DNA of 64,000 nt from positions 2,210 through 66,209 of the forward strand of contig DATBIM010000156.1 in NCBI GenBank assembly GCA_036556905.1. The letters run 5' to 3'. The notes below the pieces were generated by a model, which saw only the letters and a list, made by a program, of their open reading frames with translations, was not told the origin of the DNA and did no database searches. Shown one piece after another: positions 47,072 through 57,359 of this stretch; position 1 is the stretch's first letter, and each line of letters starts with the position of its first letter. A program made the translations under genes and the position numbers. The DNA comes from Candidatus Methylomirabilota bacterium (GTDB lineage: Bacteria; Methylomirabilota; Methylomirabilia; Rokubacteriales; CSP1-6).

Positions 47072-47503
47072 ATGCTGCGATTCACCAAGCGCGCTGACTA
47101 CGGACTGATGGCGATCTACTACATCGCCGTGCACGAGGACGGCGGGGCTGTCAGCGCCAAGCGGATCGCGGAAGAATTCGGGATTCCGCCCGAGCTTCTG
47201 GCCAAGATCCTCCAGCGGCTGGCCCGCGAGCGACTGATCGTGAGTCAGAACGGCCCCAAGGGGGGGTACGTGCTGAGCCGGCGGCCCAGTGAGGTCACGG
47301 TGGGGGAAGTGCTCCGCGCCATCGAAGGCCCGATCAACATCGTGAGTTGTCTCGAGGACTCCGAGTGTCCCCAGATCGAGCGGTGCAACCTGCGGCGTCC
47401 GGTTCAGAAGATCCAGGCCGCCATCACGCAACTGCTGGACACGATGAGCCTGGCCGAGCTGGGGGGCCAAGACGTGCCCCTGCTGCTGGCCATCAAGGGA
47501 TGA
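47072..47503 (+). CDS. iscR: Rrf2-family Fe-S cluster regulator IscR
   Basis: MLRFTKRADYGLMAIYY… wHTH and C-terminal C…C…C ligands. First gene of the isc operon. Confidence 0.8.
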   Translation: MLRFTKRADYGLMAIYYIAVHEDGGAVSAKRIAEEFGIPPELLAKILQRLARERLIVSQNGPKGGYVLSRRPSEVTVGEVLRAIEGPINIVSCLEDSECPQIERCNLRRPVQKIQAAITQLLDTMSLAELGGQDVPLLLAIKG

Positions 47504-47522
47504 GGGTGAGGGGAGCGCATCG

Positions 47523-48749
47523 ATGACCGTGAAGTTTCCCATTTTCCTGGACGCGCAATCGACGACCCCCTGTGATCCCCGGGTGGTCGAGGCCATGTTG
47601 CCGTACTTCACCGAGAAATTCGGGCACCCGGCCAGTCGCAACCACCCCTTCGGCTGGGAGGCCGAGGGGGCCTGCGACGCGGCTCGGGCCAGCATCGCGC
47701 GACTGATCGGCGCGCGCGATCCCAAGGAAGTGGTGTTCACCTCGGGGGGCACAGAGGCGATCAACCTCGCCCTCAAGGGTGCCGCCGAGATGTACCGGGA
47801 GAAGGGGACACACATCGTCACCACCGTCATCGAGCAGCGGGCGGGGATCGACACCTGCAAGCGTCTGGAGCGGCAGGGGTTCCAGGTGACGTATGTGCCG
47901 GTGCAGTCCAACGGGCTCGTCGACGTCGAGGAGATCGGCCGGGCCGTCACCAACGCGACGATTCTCATCTCGGTGATGTTCGCCAACAACGAGATCGGGA
48001 CGATCCAGGACGTCGCCGCCATCGGAAGGCTGGCCAAGGACAGGGGCATCATCTTCCACACCGATGCCACCCAGGCCGTAGGCAAGATCCCGGTCGACGT
48101 GGAGGCCATGGGCATCGACCTCCTGTCCTGCACGGCCCACCTCATGTACGGGCCCAAAGGGGTCGGTGCGCTCTACGTCCGCCGCAAGGCGCCGCGGGTC
48201 CGCCTGGCCGCGCTCCTCGATGGGGGCGGTCATGAGCGCGGCCTCCGCTCGGGGACGTTGCCGGTTCCCCTCTGCGTCGGCTTCGGCCGGGCGGCCGAGA
48301 TCTGTCGGGAGGTCATGCCGGAGGAGAGCCAGCGCCTGGGCAAGCTCCGGGACCAGCTTCAAGATTTCATCCTGGCCAACGTGGAGGATGCTTACCTCAA
48401 CGGTGATCCCGATCGGCGGCTGCCCCACAACCTCAACGTGTCGTTCGCCTACGTGGAGGGAGAGTCGGTGCTGATGGGGCTGAACAAGGAGACCGCGCTC
48501 AGCTCGGGCTCGGCCTGCACCTCGTCGACCCTGGAGCCCTCGTACGTGATCGCGGCCCTGGGGGCCAGCGCGGAGCTGGCCCACTCGTCGATCCGGTTCA
48601 GCCTGCACCGGTTCACCACCCAGGCTGAGATCGACTGGGTCGGCCGGCGGACGGTGGAGGTTGTCAAACGGCTACGGGACATGTCGCCGCTCTACGAGCT
48701 GGCGAAAGAAGGTGTGGATCTGAAGTCCATCCAGTGGAAGGCCGAGTAG
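47523..48749 (+). CDS. iscS: cysteine desulfurase IscS
   Basis: PLP-dependent class V motifs and the SSGSACTS active-site Cys loop. Confidence 0.9.
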   Translation: MTVKFPIFLDAQSTTPCDPRVVEAMLPYFTEKFGHPASRNHPFGWEAEGACDAARASIARLIGARDPKEVVFTSGGTEAINLALKGAAEMYREKGTHIVTTVIEQRAGIDTCKRLERQGFQVTYVPVQSNGLVDVEEIGRAVTNATILISVMFANNEIGTIQDVAAIGRLAKDRGIIFHTDATQAVGKIPVDVEAMGIDLLSCTAHLMYGPKGVGALYVRRKAPRVRLAALLDGGGHERGLRSGTLPVPLCVGFGRAAEICREVMPEESQRLGKLRDQLQDFILANVEDAYLNGDPDRRLPHNLNVSFAYVEGESVLMGLNKETALSSGSACTSSTLEPSYVIAALGASAELAHSSIRFSLHRFTTQAEIDWVGRRTVEVVKRLRDMSPLYELAKEGVDLKSIQWKAE

Positions 48750-48760
48750 GGGGACGGGCC

Positions 48761-49153
48761 ATGGCCTACAGCGAGAAGGTCGTCGACCACTACAACAACC
48801 CCCGCAACGTGGGGTCCTTCGGCAAGGACCTGCCGAACGTGGGCACCGGTCTGGTGGGGGCGCCGGAGTGCGGCGATGTCATGAAGCTCCAGATCAAGGT
48901 GAACCCCTCCACCGGCGTGATCGAGGACGCGAAGTTCAAGACCTTCGGGTGCGGGAGCGCCATCGCTTCGTCGAGCCTGGCGACCGAGTGGCTCAAGGGC
49001 AAGACCCTGGACGAAGCGGCCAAGATCCGTAACACCGAGATCGTGAACGAGCTCAAGCTACCGCCCGTCAAGATCCACTGCTCGGTCCTGGCCGAGGATG
49101 CCATCAAGGCGGCCCTGGCCGACTATCAGGCCAAGCACGGCGCGGGGCGGTAA
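48761..49153 (+). CDS. iscU: Fe-S cluster scaffold IscU
   Basis: MAYSEKVVDHYNNPRNVG…GAPECGDVMKLQ…LPPVKIHCS. Confidence 0.9.
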   Translation: MAYSEKVVDHYNNPRNVGSFGKDLPNVGTGLVGAPECGDVMKLQIKVNPSTGVIEDAKFKTFGCGSAIASSSLATEWLKGKTLDEAAKIRNTEIVNELKLPPVKIHCSVLAEDAIKAALADYQAKHGAGR

Positions 49154-49178
49154 AGTAAGGATTGGGAGGTCGCGTCCG

Positions 49179-49508
49179 ATGGCAGTGGCACTGACCGAAA
49201 CGGCCGTGAAGCAGGTGAAGGAGCTCAAACAGGCCCAGAACCTGGGCGACGAGGTCTTTCTCCGGATGGGTGTCCGGGGTGGCGGGTGCTCGGGCATGTC
49301 ATACGCCCTGGAGTTCGACACCGAGAAGACGGCGCATGACCGGGAGTTCGAGATCGACGGCATCAAGGTGATCGTCGACAAGAAGAGCTACCTGTATCTG
49401 ACTGGCACGACGCTCGACTATGTCCGGGAGGGCCTTACCGGCGGATTTACGTTCGTCAACCCGAACGCCAAGTCGTCCTGTGGGTGCGGGACGTCGTTTT
49501 CGGCGTAG
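49179..49508 (+). CDS. iscA: iron-sulfur cluster insertion protein IscA/ErpA
   Basis: …GGGCSGMSY…CGCGTSF C-terminus. Confidence 0.85.
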   Translation: MAVALTETAVKQVKELKQAQNLGDEVFLRMGVRGGGCSGMSYALEFDTEKTAHDREFEIDGIKVIVDKKSYLYLTGTTLDYVREGLTGGFTFVNPNAKSSCGCGTSFSA

Positions 49509-49530
49509 CCGGGGCCCGGCGAACGGCGGC

Positions 49531-49560
49531 AAACGGGCCCCTGGGGGCCCGTTTTATTTT
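49531..49560 (+). terminator. rho-independent terminator between iscA and hscB
   Basis: AAACGGGCCCC-TGG-GGGCCCGTTT followed by TATTTT. Confidence 0.7.
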
Positions 49561-49573
49561 GGCAGCCTGAAGG

Positions 49574-50164
49574 ATGGGGGCCCTGGCGACGATCATGGAC
49601 TACTTCGAGGTGTTCGGATTGCCCCGCCGTCTGGGGATCGATGCCCAGACGCTGCAGCGCCGGTTCTACGAGCTGTCGCGACGCTACCACCCTGACTTTC
49701 ACGCGGGCGCGCCGCGCGAGGAGCAGGCGCGGACCCTGGAGGCCTCGGCCCGATTGAACGCGGCCTACCGGGCGTTGCGCGATCCCATCGCCCGGATCGA
49801 GTATCTCGTGCAGCTGGAAGAGGGTCGGCAAACCAGGGAAGGCGCGACGGTCAAGCCCCAGGCGCCTGCCGAGCTGCTGGCCGAGATGTTCGAGATCCAG
49901 GAGGCGCTGGACGAGACCCGGGCGGGTGACCTGGCCGAGACGGCCCGGGAGACCCTCCGCGCCCAGCGCGAGCGGCTGATGGCGCGGCGGCGGGAGGAGG
50001 GCGTGCGCCTCACCGGTCCGCTGGCCGCGGCCTGGGATGCCGCCGGCCCGGGCGAGCGTTCCGCCCTGCTCGAGGAGCTCAAGCGGGCACTGGCCGCCCG
50101 CGCCTACCTCCAGACCGTCATCGATGACCTCGCCCAGGCGCTGGGCGACGACGAGGCCCCCTAG
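49574..50164 (+). CDS. hscB: Fe-S co-chaperone HscB (J-domain)
   Basis: J-domain …YHPD… and HscB helical C-terminal domain. Confidence 0.75.
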   Translation: MGALATIMDYFEVFGLPRRLGIDAQTLQRRFYELSRRYHPDFHAGAPREEQARTLEASARLNAAYRALRDPIARIEYLVQLEEGRQTREGATVKPQAPAELLAEMFEIQEALDETRAGDLAETARETLRAQRERLMARRREEGVRLTGPLAAAWDAAGPGERSALLEELKRALAARAYLQTVIDDLAQALGDDEAP

Positions 50165-50167
50165 CCC

Positions 50168-52021
50168 ATGGGACGGATCGTGGGCATCGATCTGGGCACG
50201 ACCAACAGCCTGGTCGCTTACGTGGACGAACGCACGGGACTGCCCGAGGCCATTGCCGACGCCGAGGGGCACCGGCTGCTGCCCTCGGTCGTGGCCTTCA
50301 CGCCGCAGGGGATCCTGGTGGGCGAGGCGGCCCGGCGCTACCTGGTTCGACGGCCGGAGGCGACCGTGTACTCGGTGAAGCGATTCATGGGGCGTAGCTA
50401 CGAGGACGTCAAGGAGGAGCTACGCTACTTCCCGTTCGCGGTCCGGCCGGCCGACGGGATCGTGCGTCTGCAGGTGGGGGACCGCGAGGTCACTCCGCCC
50501 GAAGTGTCGGCGGTCATCCTCAAGACGTTGAAGGAGCGGGCGGAGGGGCATTTCGGCGAGCCGGTCGAGAAGGCGGTCATCACCGTGCCCGCCTACTTCA
50601 ACGACAGCCAGCGGCAAGCCACCCGCGACGCCGGGCGCATCGCCGGGCTGGAGGTCGCCCGCATCCTGAATGAGCCGACGGCGGCTTCGCTCGCCTATGG
50701 CCTCCACCGGCTACGTGAGGGCGTCATCGCCGTCTACGACCTGGGCGGGGGCACCTTCGACATCTCGATTCTGCGCGTCAAGGGCGGCATCTTCGAGGTC
50801 CTGGCCACGAACGGCAACACGCACCTCGGCGGCGACGACTTCGATCGCGTGCTCATGCTGTGGCTGCTCGAGGACATCCAGGCCCGTCACCATCGGGACC
50901 TGGCCTGCCGGCCAGTCGACCTCGCCCGCGACAACGAGGCCATGCAGGAGCTCAGGCTGGCCGCGGAGGCCGCGAAGATCCGTCTCTCCAGCGAGGAGCG
51001 GACCACGCTCATCCTCCCCTTCGAGGACTTCATCTACCGGCGAGAGATCACTCGGGCGGAGCTGGAGCGGCTCCTGGAGCCACTGGCCCAGAAGACCCTG
51101 GGGCCCTGCCGTCAGGCGCTGGCCGATGCCGGGCTGGGGCCGGACGGCATCGACGACGTGGTGCTGGTGGGGGGCTCCACCCGGGTCCCTCTGGTGCGGC
51201 AGCGGGTGCAGCAGTTGTTCGGCAAGACCCCCCACAGCCAGCTCAATGCCGACGAGGTGGTGGCCCTGGGGGCGGCGGTGCAGGCGCACATCCTGGCGGG
51301 CGGCATCAGCGACATGCTGCTGCTCGATGTGACCCCCCTGTCGCTGGGGATCGAGACGCTGGGGGGCATCGTGAGCGTTCTCATCCCCCGCAACACCACC
51401 ATTCCGACCAGCGCCCGAGAGATGTTCACGACGTCCGCCGATGGCCAGACGGTGGTCGACCTGCACGTGGTGCAGGGCGAGCGGGAGCTGGCCCGAGACT
51501 GCCGGTCGCTGGCTCGCTTCGAGCTGCGGGGGATCGATCCGATGCCGGCGGGGATGCCCAAGATCGAGGTGACGTTCCTGATCGACGCCGATGGCATTCT
51601 CAAGGTCACGGCCCGCGAGCTCCGCACGGGGAAGGTGGCCGCGATCGACGTCACCCCGACCTACGGCCTGACCGAGGGTGAGATCGAACGCATGGTGGAG
51701 GACTCTTTCCAGTATGCCGAGGCCGACGTGGAGGCCCGGATGCTGATCGAGGTCCGCAACGAGGCCGACACGGTGATGACCCATGTTCGTCGCGCCCTCA
51801 AGCAGGGTGGGCATCTGGTGACGGAGGCGGAGGGGGCCCACATCACGGCGGTCCTGGAGGAGCTGGCGCGGGTCCGCGAGACGGACGAGCGCGAGCTCAT
51901 CCGCAGCAAGACGGTGGAGCTCAATCGCGTGACCGAGCGCCTGGCCCAGGTGTTGATGGACGCGGCCCTGCAGGGAGCCCTGGGGACGCGCCGCGCCGCC
52001 GAGCTCATGGAGTCGGAGTGA
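50168..52021 (+). CDS. hscA: Fe-S chaperone HscA (Hsp70 family)
   Basis: [21 protein letters not shown] Hsp70 motifs; 617 aa. Confidence 0.85.
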   Translation: MGRIVGIDLGTTNSLVAYVDERTGLPEAIADAEGHRLLPSVVAFTPQGILVGEAARRYLVRRPEATVYSVKRFMGRSYEDVKEELRYFPFAVRPADGIVRLQVGDREVTPPEVSAVILKTLKERAEGHFGEPVEKAVITVPAYFNDSQRQATRDAGRIAGLEVARILNEPTAASLAYGLHRLREGVIAVYDLGGGTFDISILRVKGGIFEVLATNGNTHLGGDDFDRVLMLWLLEDIQARHHRDLACRPVDLARDNEAMQELRLAAEAAKIRLSSEERTTLILPFEDFIYRREITRAELERLLEPLAQKTLGPCRQALADAGLGPDGIDDVVLVGGSTRVPLVRQRVQQLFGKTPHSQLNADEVVALGAAVQAHILAGGISDMLLLDVTPLSLGIETLGGIVSVLIPRNTTIPTSAREMFTTSADGQTVVDLHVVQGERELARDCRSLARFELRGIDPMPAGMPKIEVTFLIDADGILKVTARELRTGKVAAIDVTPTYGLTEGEIERMVEDSFQYAEADVEARMLIEVRNEADTVMTHVRRALKQGGHLVTEAEGAHITAVLEELARVRETDERELIRSKTVELNRVTERLAQVLMDAALQGALGTRRAAELMESE

Positions 52022-52344
52022 TGGCGGTGCACCGGGTGACGTTCCTGCCTCTCAACGCCACCGTGGAGGTCGACGACGAGAAGTACCCCCTGGCCGATCA
52101 CGGCAAGCCCGGCTCGCTGCTGGATATCGCGCTGGCCCATCACATCCACCTCGACCACAACTGTGGGGGGAGCTGCGCCTGCACCACCTGCCACGTGATC
52201 GTGAAGGAAGGCGAGGCGAATCTCTCCCCGATGCAGACCGACGAGGAGGATCGTCTCGACACGGCCGAGGGACTGACCATTCATTCCCGCCTGGGCTGCC
52301 AGGCGGTGGTGCGAGGCGACGTGGTTGTGGAGATCCCGAAATGA
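52018..52344 (+). CDS. fdx: ISC-system [2Fe-2S] ferredoxin
   Basis: C…CGGSCACTTCH…C adrenodoxin-type motif. Confidence 0.8.
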   Translation: MMAVHRVTFLPLNATVEVDDEKYPLADHGKPGSLLDIALAHHIHLDHNCGGSCACTTCHVIVKEGEANLSPMQTDEEDRLDTAEGLTIHSRLGCQAVVRGDVVVEIPK

Positions 52345-52553
52345 CGGCGAAGATGACGTGGCGGGACGCCGAGGACATTGGCATCGCTCTGGCCGAGCGC
52401 TTCCCGGACACCGATCCCCTGACGGTACGGTTCACGGACCTGCACCGCTGGGTGACGGAGTTGCCCGGATTCGCCGACGACCCCAAGGGATCCACCGAGG
52501 GTGCCCTCGAGAAAATCCAGATGGCATGGTTGGAGGAGTACCGGAACCGATGA
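52341..52553 (+). CDS. iscX: Fe-S assembly protein IscX
   Basis: MKWTD-like start, …FTDLHRWV…LPGF.DDP…. Confidence 0.7.
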   Translation: MTAKMTWRDAEDIGIALAERFPDTDPLTVRFTDLHRWVTELPGFADDPKGSTEGALEKIQMAWLEEYRNR

Positions 52554-52759
52554 TCGGTCCGGCTCGGGGGTGGCGGGGGCTATTCGACCACGGGCGCGAC
52601 GGCGACGGTTGCGGCGCGCTCGCCCATCGACCCGCCAGGGCTGCCTACGCCAGGGAAACGGGTCTCACAGCCCCCACCACCCCCGAGCCGGGCGACCGTC
52701 AGCGCGGTGCGCTCGAGCACGGCCGGCAGGCCGGATCGAACATGCCGGGTTCGGAGCTT

Positions 52760-52987
52760 CTACCAGGTGAGGACGTGGTCGGCGGCGAAGATCAGCTCGA
52801 GCAGCCCGTCGTAGGAGAGATCGTCGGGGACCCGGAGGGCGCGGACCCCGGCGGGCAGGGACGGCCCGGGGGCGCCGTGGAGCAGGGCGACCGTGACCGC
52901 ATTCCCGTCGGCGAGCTGCTGGCCGATGGTGGCCAGGATCAGCTCGTCCTGGGCGCTGCTCTTCACGAGGTGGAGCTGAGCCGCCAT
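52760..52987 (-). CDS. TusB/DsrH-like sulfur relay protein
   Basis: ~75 aa; C-terminal …ADHVLTW resembles TusB/DsrH. Confidence 0.45.
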   Translation of the reverse strand: MAAQLHLVKSSAQDELILATIGQQLADGNAVTVALLHGAPGPSLPAGVRALRVPDDLSYDGLLELIFAADHVLTW

Positions 52988-53343
52988 CAGAAGATGAGGG
53001 CCCGTTCGGCGCCCCGCACCAGCGCGGCGATGCCCTCGCGACTGACGGCGAGCACCGGGTGCTTGTCGGCATTCCAGGCCGGGTCCGCTGGCACCGCGTC
53101 CGCCTCCACGTGGAAGGCCACGCCCAGGGCCCGGAGGGTGGCGCGGAACTTGGCGATCTCGTCACCGTCCACGAGCCCGTCGGTGTCCTCGTCGAGGAGA
53201 TGGACGGCGGCACCGGTGAGCACGAAGGTCACCGCGTTCTCGCCGGCCACCACACCAGTTCCGATGCGCATGGCTTCGAAGGCCCGGTGGCTGACGCGGG
53301 GATCGGCCGAGATGAGAACGACGACCGACTCGTGGCTGGCCAC
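52987..53343 (-). CDS. TusC/DsrF-like sulfur relay protein
   Basis: 118 aa DsrE/DsrF-fold; C-terminal …ALIF. Confidence 0.5.
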   Translation of the reverse strand: MASHESVVVLISADPRVSHRAFEAMRIGTGVVAGENAVTFVLTGAAVHLLDEDTDGLVDGDEIAKFRATLRALGVAFHVEADAVPADPAWNADKHPVLAVSREGIAALVRGAERALIF

Positions 53344-53350
53344 GCCGCGA

Positions 53351-53674
53351 TCAGTTCAGCGCGATGAAGCGATCGGTCGCGTTGATGATGTCGGTCAGGA
53401 CGACCAGGCCGCAGTAGGTCAGCTCAGGGGAGTCTTCGAGGGGAATGCGGCGCTTCTGGCAGCCGTACGCGCACAGGAAGAGCTTGGCCCCGCGCGCCGG
53501 CAGGGCGCGGAGGCGGGGATCGCGCACGGCCCGCACCCCGTCGTCGATCAGGTACAGGTAGAGATCGGTGCCGTGATCGAGCGCGGCGGTCGCCAGCCCC
53601 AGCGCGGTCTCGATGTTCGGATGCTCGGGGCCGGTGGAAAGCAGCAGGCCGAACTTTTTTCTGCCCGGGGCCAT
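53351..53674 (-). CDS. TusD/DsrE-like sulfur relay protein
   Basis: 107 aa with LFLCAYGCQ active-Cys region typical of DsrE/TusD. Confidence 0.55.
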   Translation of the reverse strand: MAPGRKKFGLLLSTGPEHPNIETALGLATAALDHGTDLYLYLIDDGVRAVRDPRLRALPARGAKLFLCAYGCQKRRIPLEDSPELTYCGLVVLTDIINATDRFIALN

Positions 53675-53715
53675 CGCCGCCCGAGCCTAACATCGGGGCG
53701 GCGAGAGGGCAACCG

Positions 53716-54873
53716 ATGAGCCGGCGGGTCTATCTCGATCACAACGCCTCCACGCCCGTTCATCCCGACGTCGTTGACGCGATGCTGCCGTACCTGGGTG
53801 AACGGTTCGGGAACCCATCCAGCGTTCATGGCTTCGGCCGGGAGGCCCGCGACGGCGTGGAGCAGGCCCGCGAGCGGGTCGCGAGCCTGCTGGGTGTCTC
53901 GCCCGAGGAGATCGTGTTCACCTCGGGCGGTACGGAGTCCGACAACCTCGGGATCAAGGGCCTGGCCGGGGCCGGCCCCCGCGGTCACCTCATCACCTCG
54001 CAGATCGAGCATCCCGCCGTGCTCCGCACGTGCCAGGCGCTGGAAGCCGAGGGCTTTGCCGTCACCTACCTGCCGGTGGACGAGCACGGCGTGGTCGATC
54101 CTGGCGACGTCAAGCGGGCCATCCGCCCCGACACCCGCGCCATCAGCGTCATGCACGCCAACAGCGAGATCGGCACCGTGCAGCCGGTGGCCGCCATCGG
54201 CGCCATCGCCCGCGAGCACGGCATCGCCTTGCACGTGGACGCCGTGCAGACCTTCGGGAAGATTCCCCTGGATCTGACCGCGCTGGCCATCGACGCCATG
54301 TCGGTATCCGCCCACAAGATTTATGGCCCCAAAGGGGTGGGTGCCCTCTTCGTCCGCCGGGGGACGCGGATGGTGGGGATCCAGCATGGTGGTGAGCACG
54401 AGCGACGGCGGCGGGCCGGCACCGAGAACGTCCCGGGCATCGTGGGCTTCGGCCGGGCCGTGGAGATCCGGTCCCGCGAGATGGGGCCGGAGGCCGAGCG
54501 CCTGCGTGCGCTGCGCGACCGGTTAACGGATGGTGTGCGGGCCCGTCTGGACGAGGTCCGGCTCATCGGGCATCCCGGGGAGCGGCTCCCCGGGACGGCG
54601 AATCTCGCCTTCCGCCACGTGGAGTCGGAGTCCATCGTCCTCGGGCTGGATCTCAAGGGCGTGGCCGTGTCGGCCGGCACAGCGTGCACCGCCGGCCATG
54701 TGGAGCCCTCCCACGTGCTGACGGCGCTGGGGCTGCCGCCGGCGTGGGCGATGGGCGCGGTGCGGTGCTCCCTGGGCCGCTCCACCACGGCCCAGGACAT
54801 CGACTACGTCATCGAGTGCCTGGAGGCGGTGGTGGGGAAGCTGCGCCGCCTGCTCCCGACAGGGCCCGCATGA
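53716..54873 (+). CDS. NifS/IscS-type cysteine desulfurase (second copy)
   Basis: Class V aminotransferase fold motifs; active loop SAGTACTAG. Confidence 0.8.
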   Translation: MSRRVYLDHNASTPVHPDVVDAMLPYLGERFGNPSSVHGFGREARDGVEQARERVASLLGVSPEEIVFTSGGTESDNLGIKGLAGAGPRGHLITSQIEHPAVLRTCQALEAEGFAVTYLPVDEHGVVDPGDVKRAIRPDTRAISVMHANSEIGTVQPVAAIGAIAREHGIALHVDAVQTFGKIPLDLTALAIDAMSVSAHKIYGPKGVGALFVRRGTRMVGIQHGGEHERRRRAGTENVPGIVGFGRAVEIRSREMGPEAERLRALRDRLTDGVRARLDEVRLIGHPGERLPGTANLAFRHVESESIVLGLDLKGVAVSAGTACTAGHVEPSHVLTALGLPPAWAMGAVRCSLGRSTTAQDIDYVIECLEAVVGKLRRLLPTGPA

Positions 54874-55250
54874 GGTACAGTGCGACCGTGATCGACCATT
54901 TCCTGAACCCGCGCAATGCCGGGCTCATGCGTGAGCCGGACGCCGTGGGTCAGGGGGAGTACGAGGGTTGCGGTGACCTGGCCCGGTTCTTTCTGCGGGT
55001 GCGGGGTGGTCAGGCCACCGAGGTGCGTTTCCAGGCGTACGGTTGTGGCCCCACCATCGCCGCGGCCAGCCTGGCCAGCGAGCTGGTGACGGGGCGCGCC
55101 GTCGGTGACCTGCTCCACGTCAAGCCCGAGGAGATCGAGAGGGCGCTGGACGGCCTGCCCGCCGACCGCCGGCATGCCGCCGACGTGGTGACCGAGGCGC
55201 TGCGGGCCGCGGCCCGGGACTGGCACCAGCGGGAGGATCAGCGTGTTTGA
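54870..55250 (+). CDS. NifU N-terminal-domain-like Fe-S scaffold
   Basis: [18 protein letters not shown]…GCGD…YGCGP… IscU/NifU-N pattern. ATGA overlap with nifS. Confidence 0.7.
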   Translation: MRYSATVIDHFLNPRNAGLMREPDAVGQGEYEGCGDLARFFLRVRGGQATEVRFQAYGCGPTIAAASLASELVTGRAVGDLLHVKPEEIERALDGLPADRRHAADVVTEALRAAARDWHQREDQRV

Positions 55251-55908
55251 GGCGATCCGGCAAGACGTGCGAGCGGTACAGGAGCGCGACCCGGCCGCGC
55301 GGTCCACGCTGGAGGTCGTGCTCTGCTACCCGGGCGTTCACGTGCTGATGTTCCACCGCCTCGCCCACCGGTTGTGGAACCGCGGGTGGCCGACCACGGC
55401 GCGGTGCCTCATGCAGCTGGCGCGATTCCTGACGGGGATCGAGATCCATCCCGCGGCCCGGCTGGGGCCCGGCCTGTTCATCGATCACGGCATGGGCGTG
55501 GTCATCGGGGAGACGGCCGAGCTGGGTGAGAACGTCACCCTGCTCCAGGGGGTGACGCTGGGCGGCACCAGCCTCAAGCGGGAGAAACGGCATCCGACCC
55601 TCGGCAACAACGTGGTGGTGGGAGCGGGGGCCAAGATCATCGGCGCCTTCAAGATCGGCGATGGCAGCCGCATCGGGGCCGGCTCGGTGGTCGTGCGCGA
55701 GGTGCCGCCGAACTCCGTTGTCGTCGGAGTGCCTGGCCGCGTAACATACCGCGACGGCCAGCGGGTCACCGGGGAGATCGATTTGAACCAGACGGACCTT
55801 CCCGATCCCGTGGCCAAGGCCATCGAGCAACTCATGGAACGCCTGCGGCTCCTGGAGGCTGAGGTCGAGACCCTGCGCCGGGCCGCGGAGTCGGAGAGGA
55901 TCAAGTGA
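55243..55908 (+). CDS. cysE: serine O-acetyltransferase CysE
   Basis: Hexapeptide-repeat LbH core …[27 protein letters not shown]…. Confidence 0.8.
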   Translation: MFEAIRQDVRAVQERDPAARSTLEVVLCYPGVHVLMFHRLAHRLWNRGWPTTARCLMQLARFLTGIEIHPAARLGPGLFIDHGMGVVIGETAELGENVTLLQGVTLGGTSLKREKRHPTLGNNVVVGAGAKIIGAFKIGDGSRIGAGSVVVREVPPNSVVVGVPGRVTYRDGQRVTGEIDLNQTDLPDPVAKAIEQLMERLRLLEAEVETLRRAAESERIK

Positions 55909-56120
55909 GCCAAGGAGGGGACAGACCGGTGACGCCCAAGGACGTCATGACGATGCAAGAGGCTTCTGCGTATCTGGCGATGGACGAGGCCGCGCTGACG
56001 CTCCTGGCGAGCCAGCGGCGGATCCCGTGCCTCGAGATGAACGGAACCTGGGTGTTCTCGAAGAAATCGATCGACAAGTGGCGGAGCCAGTCGCCGCGCG
56101 CCGGAGGGACAGGAAGATGA
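55905..56120 (+). CDS. small helix-turn-helix (excisionase/MerR-like) DNA-binding protein
   Basis: …[45 protein letters not shown]… Xis-type HTH. Confidence 0.45.
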   Translation: MSQGGDRPVTPKDVMTMQEASAYLAMDEAALTLLASQRRIPCLEMNGTWVFSKKSIDKWRSQSPRAGGTGR

Positions 56121-57313
56121 CAACCCCCCTTGCTGCCATCCTGGTCGCGGTGCTCCTCGGGATCGCGACGCCCGTGCTGGCCCAGACGCCGGGAGTGACC
56201 GACACCGAGATCGCCGTGGGCCTGACCACGCCGCTCTCCGGCCCGGCCGCCGCCTGGGGCAATACGGCGGTGGCCATGGAAGCCTGGGCCAGGCATCTGA
56301 ATGCCCAGGGCGGCATCAACGGCCGCAAGCTGCGCGTGGAGATCAAGGACGACGGGTACAACCCCGGCCGGGCTATGGCCAACCTCAAAGAGATTCACCA
56401 GAAAGTCTTCATGAACGTGGGTCTCCTCGGCTCGGCGATCCTCAATGCGGGCAAGGAGTTCCCCCACGAGAACAAGTTTCCTGTCATCTATCCCTACGGC
56501 AACCCGATGATCTGGGCCAAGCAACCCCGCGATCGGCTCCGCTACGTCTTCGTGGCCTACACCGATTATGTGGACGAGGGCGACTTCCTGGTGACGCAGG
56601 CGGCCACCCGTCTCGGCGCCAAGAAGGTCGCGGTCTTCTACCAGAACGACGAGTACGGCAAGGGCGGGCTGGAAGGCGTCAACCGGGGGCTCAAGGGGCT
56701 GGCCGGCAAGGCGACGCTGGCCACGGCGGTGTCCTACGAGATCAGCGATCGCGAGCTGGGGACGCACGCCCTGAAGCTCAAGGACTCGGGTGCCGACACC
56801 GTCATCCTCTATCCCACCATCACCCACGGCGCCAACGTGATCAAGGAGATGGCCAAGGCCGGGTACCGACCCAAGCTCGTGGCCTCCTTCCCGCTCGGCG
56901 ACTACGTGATCATGTACCGACTCCTCGGCGAGCTGTGGGAAGGCGCCCACTTCAATGCCCTCAACGGCGCGGCCCTGGCCGGCGATCCGGCCGGCAAGGC
57001 GATCGTCGACATCGTGACCAAGCAGGAGCCCAAGCTCGTCGGCAAGGAGAGCACGGCGCTGGCCGGAGCCCTGGCGATGATCGTGGCCAGCGAGGGGCTC
57101 AAGCGCGCGGGTCGGAACCTCACCCGCGAGTCGTTCGTAGAGGCCATGGAGACGGTCAAAAACTTCAACGCCATGGGCGCCAGCCCCGGGATCACCTTCG
57201 GGCCCAACCGCCGTCACGGCTTGAACGCGACCCGGATGCTGCGGGCCGTGAAGGCGGCCGACAACTCGTATGTCGAAGTCGTGCCGCCGCAGATCTTCCA
57301 GCCGCATTTTTGA
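56117..57313 (+). CDS. ABC transporter substrate-binding protein (Liv-like, PBP type I) with signal peptide
   Basis: Signal peptide then …TEIAVGLTTPLSGPAAAWG… PBP1 pattern. Confidence 0.7.
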   Translation: MTTPLAAILVAVLLGIATPVLAQTPGVTDTEIAVGLTTPLSGPAAAWGNTAVAMEAWARHLNAQGGINGRKLRVEIKDDGYNPGRAMANLKEIHQKVFMNVGLLGSAILNAGKEFPHENKFPVIYPYGNPMIWAKQPRDRLRYVFVAYTDYVDEGDFLVTQAATRLGAKKVAVFYQNDEYGKGGLEGVNRGLKGLAGKATLATAVSYEISDRELGTHALKLKDSGADTVILYPTITHGANVIKEMAKAGYRPKLVASFPLGDYVIMYRLLGELWEGAHFNALNGAALAGDPAGKAIVDIVTKQEPKLVGKESTALAGALAMIVASEGLKRAGRNLTRESFVEAMETVKNFNAMGASPGITFGPNRRHGLNATRMLRAVKAADNSYVEVVPPQIFQPHF

Positions 57314-57359
57314 CGACACGTTTACGGTGAGGTCCGCTGCGCGGGGCCCCACCACCGAC

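Noticed and set aside
55905-56120. Xis-like HTH gene as a marker of a mobile element
   Set aside because: There is no integrase, repeats, tRNA target or GC shift nearby. It is more likely a small operon regulator.
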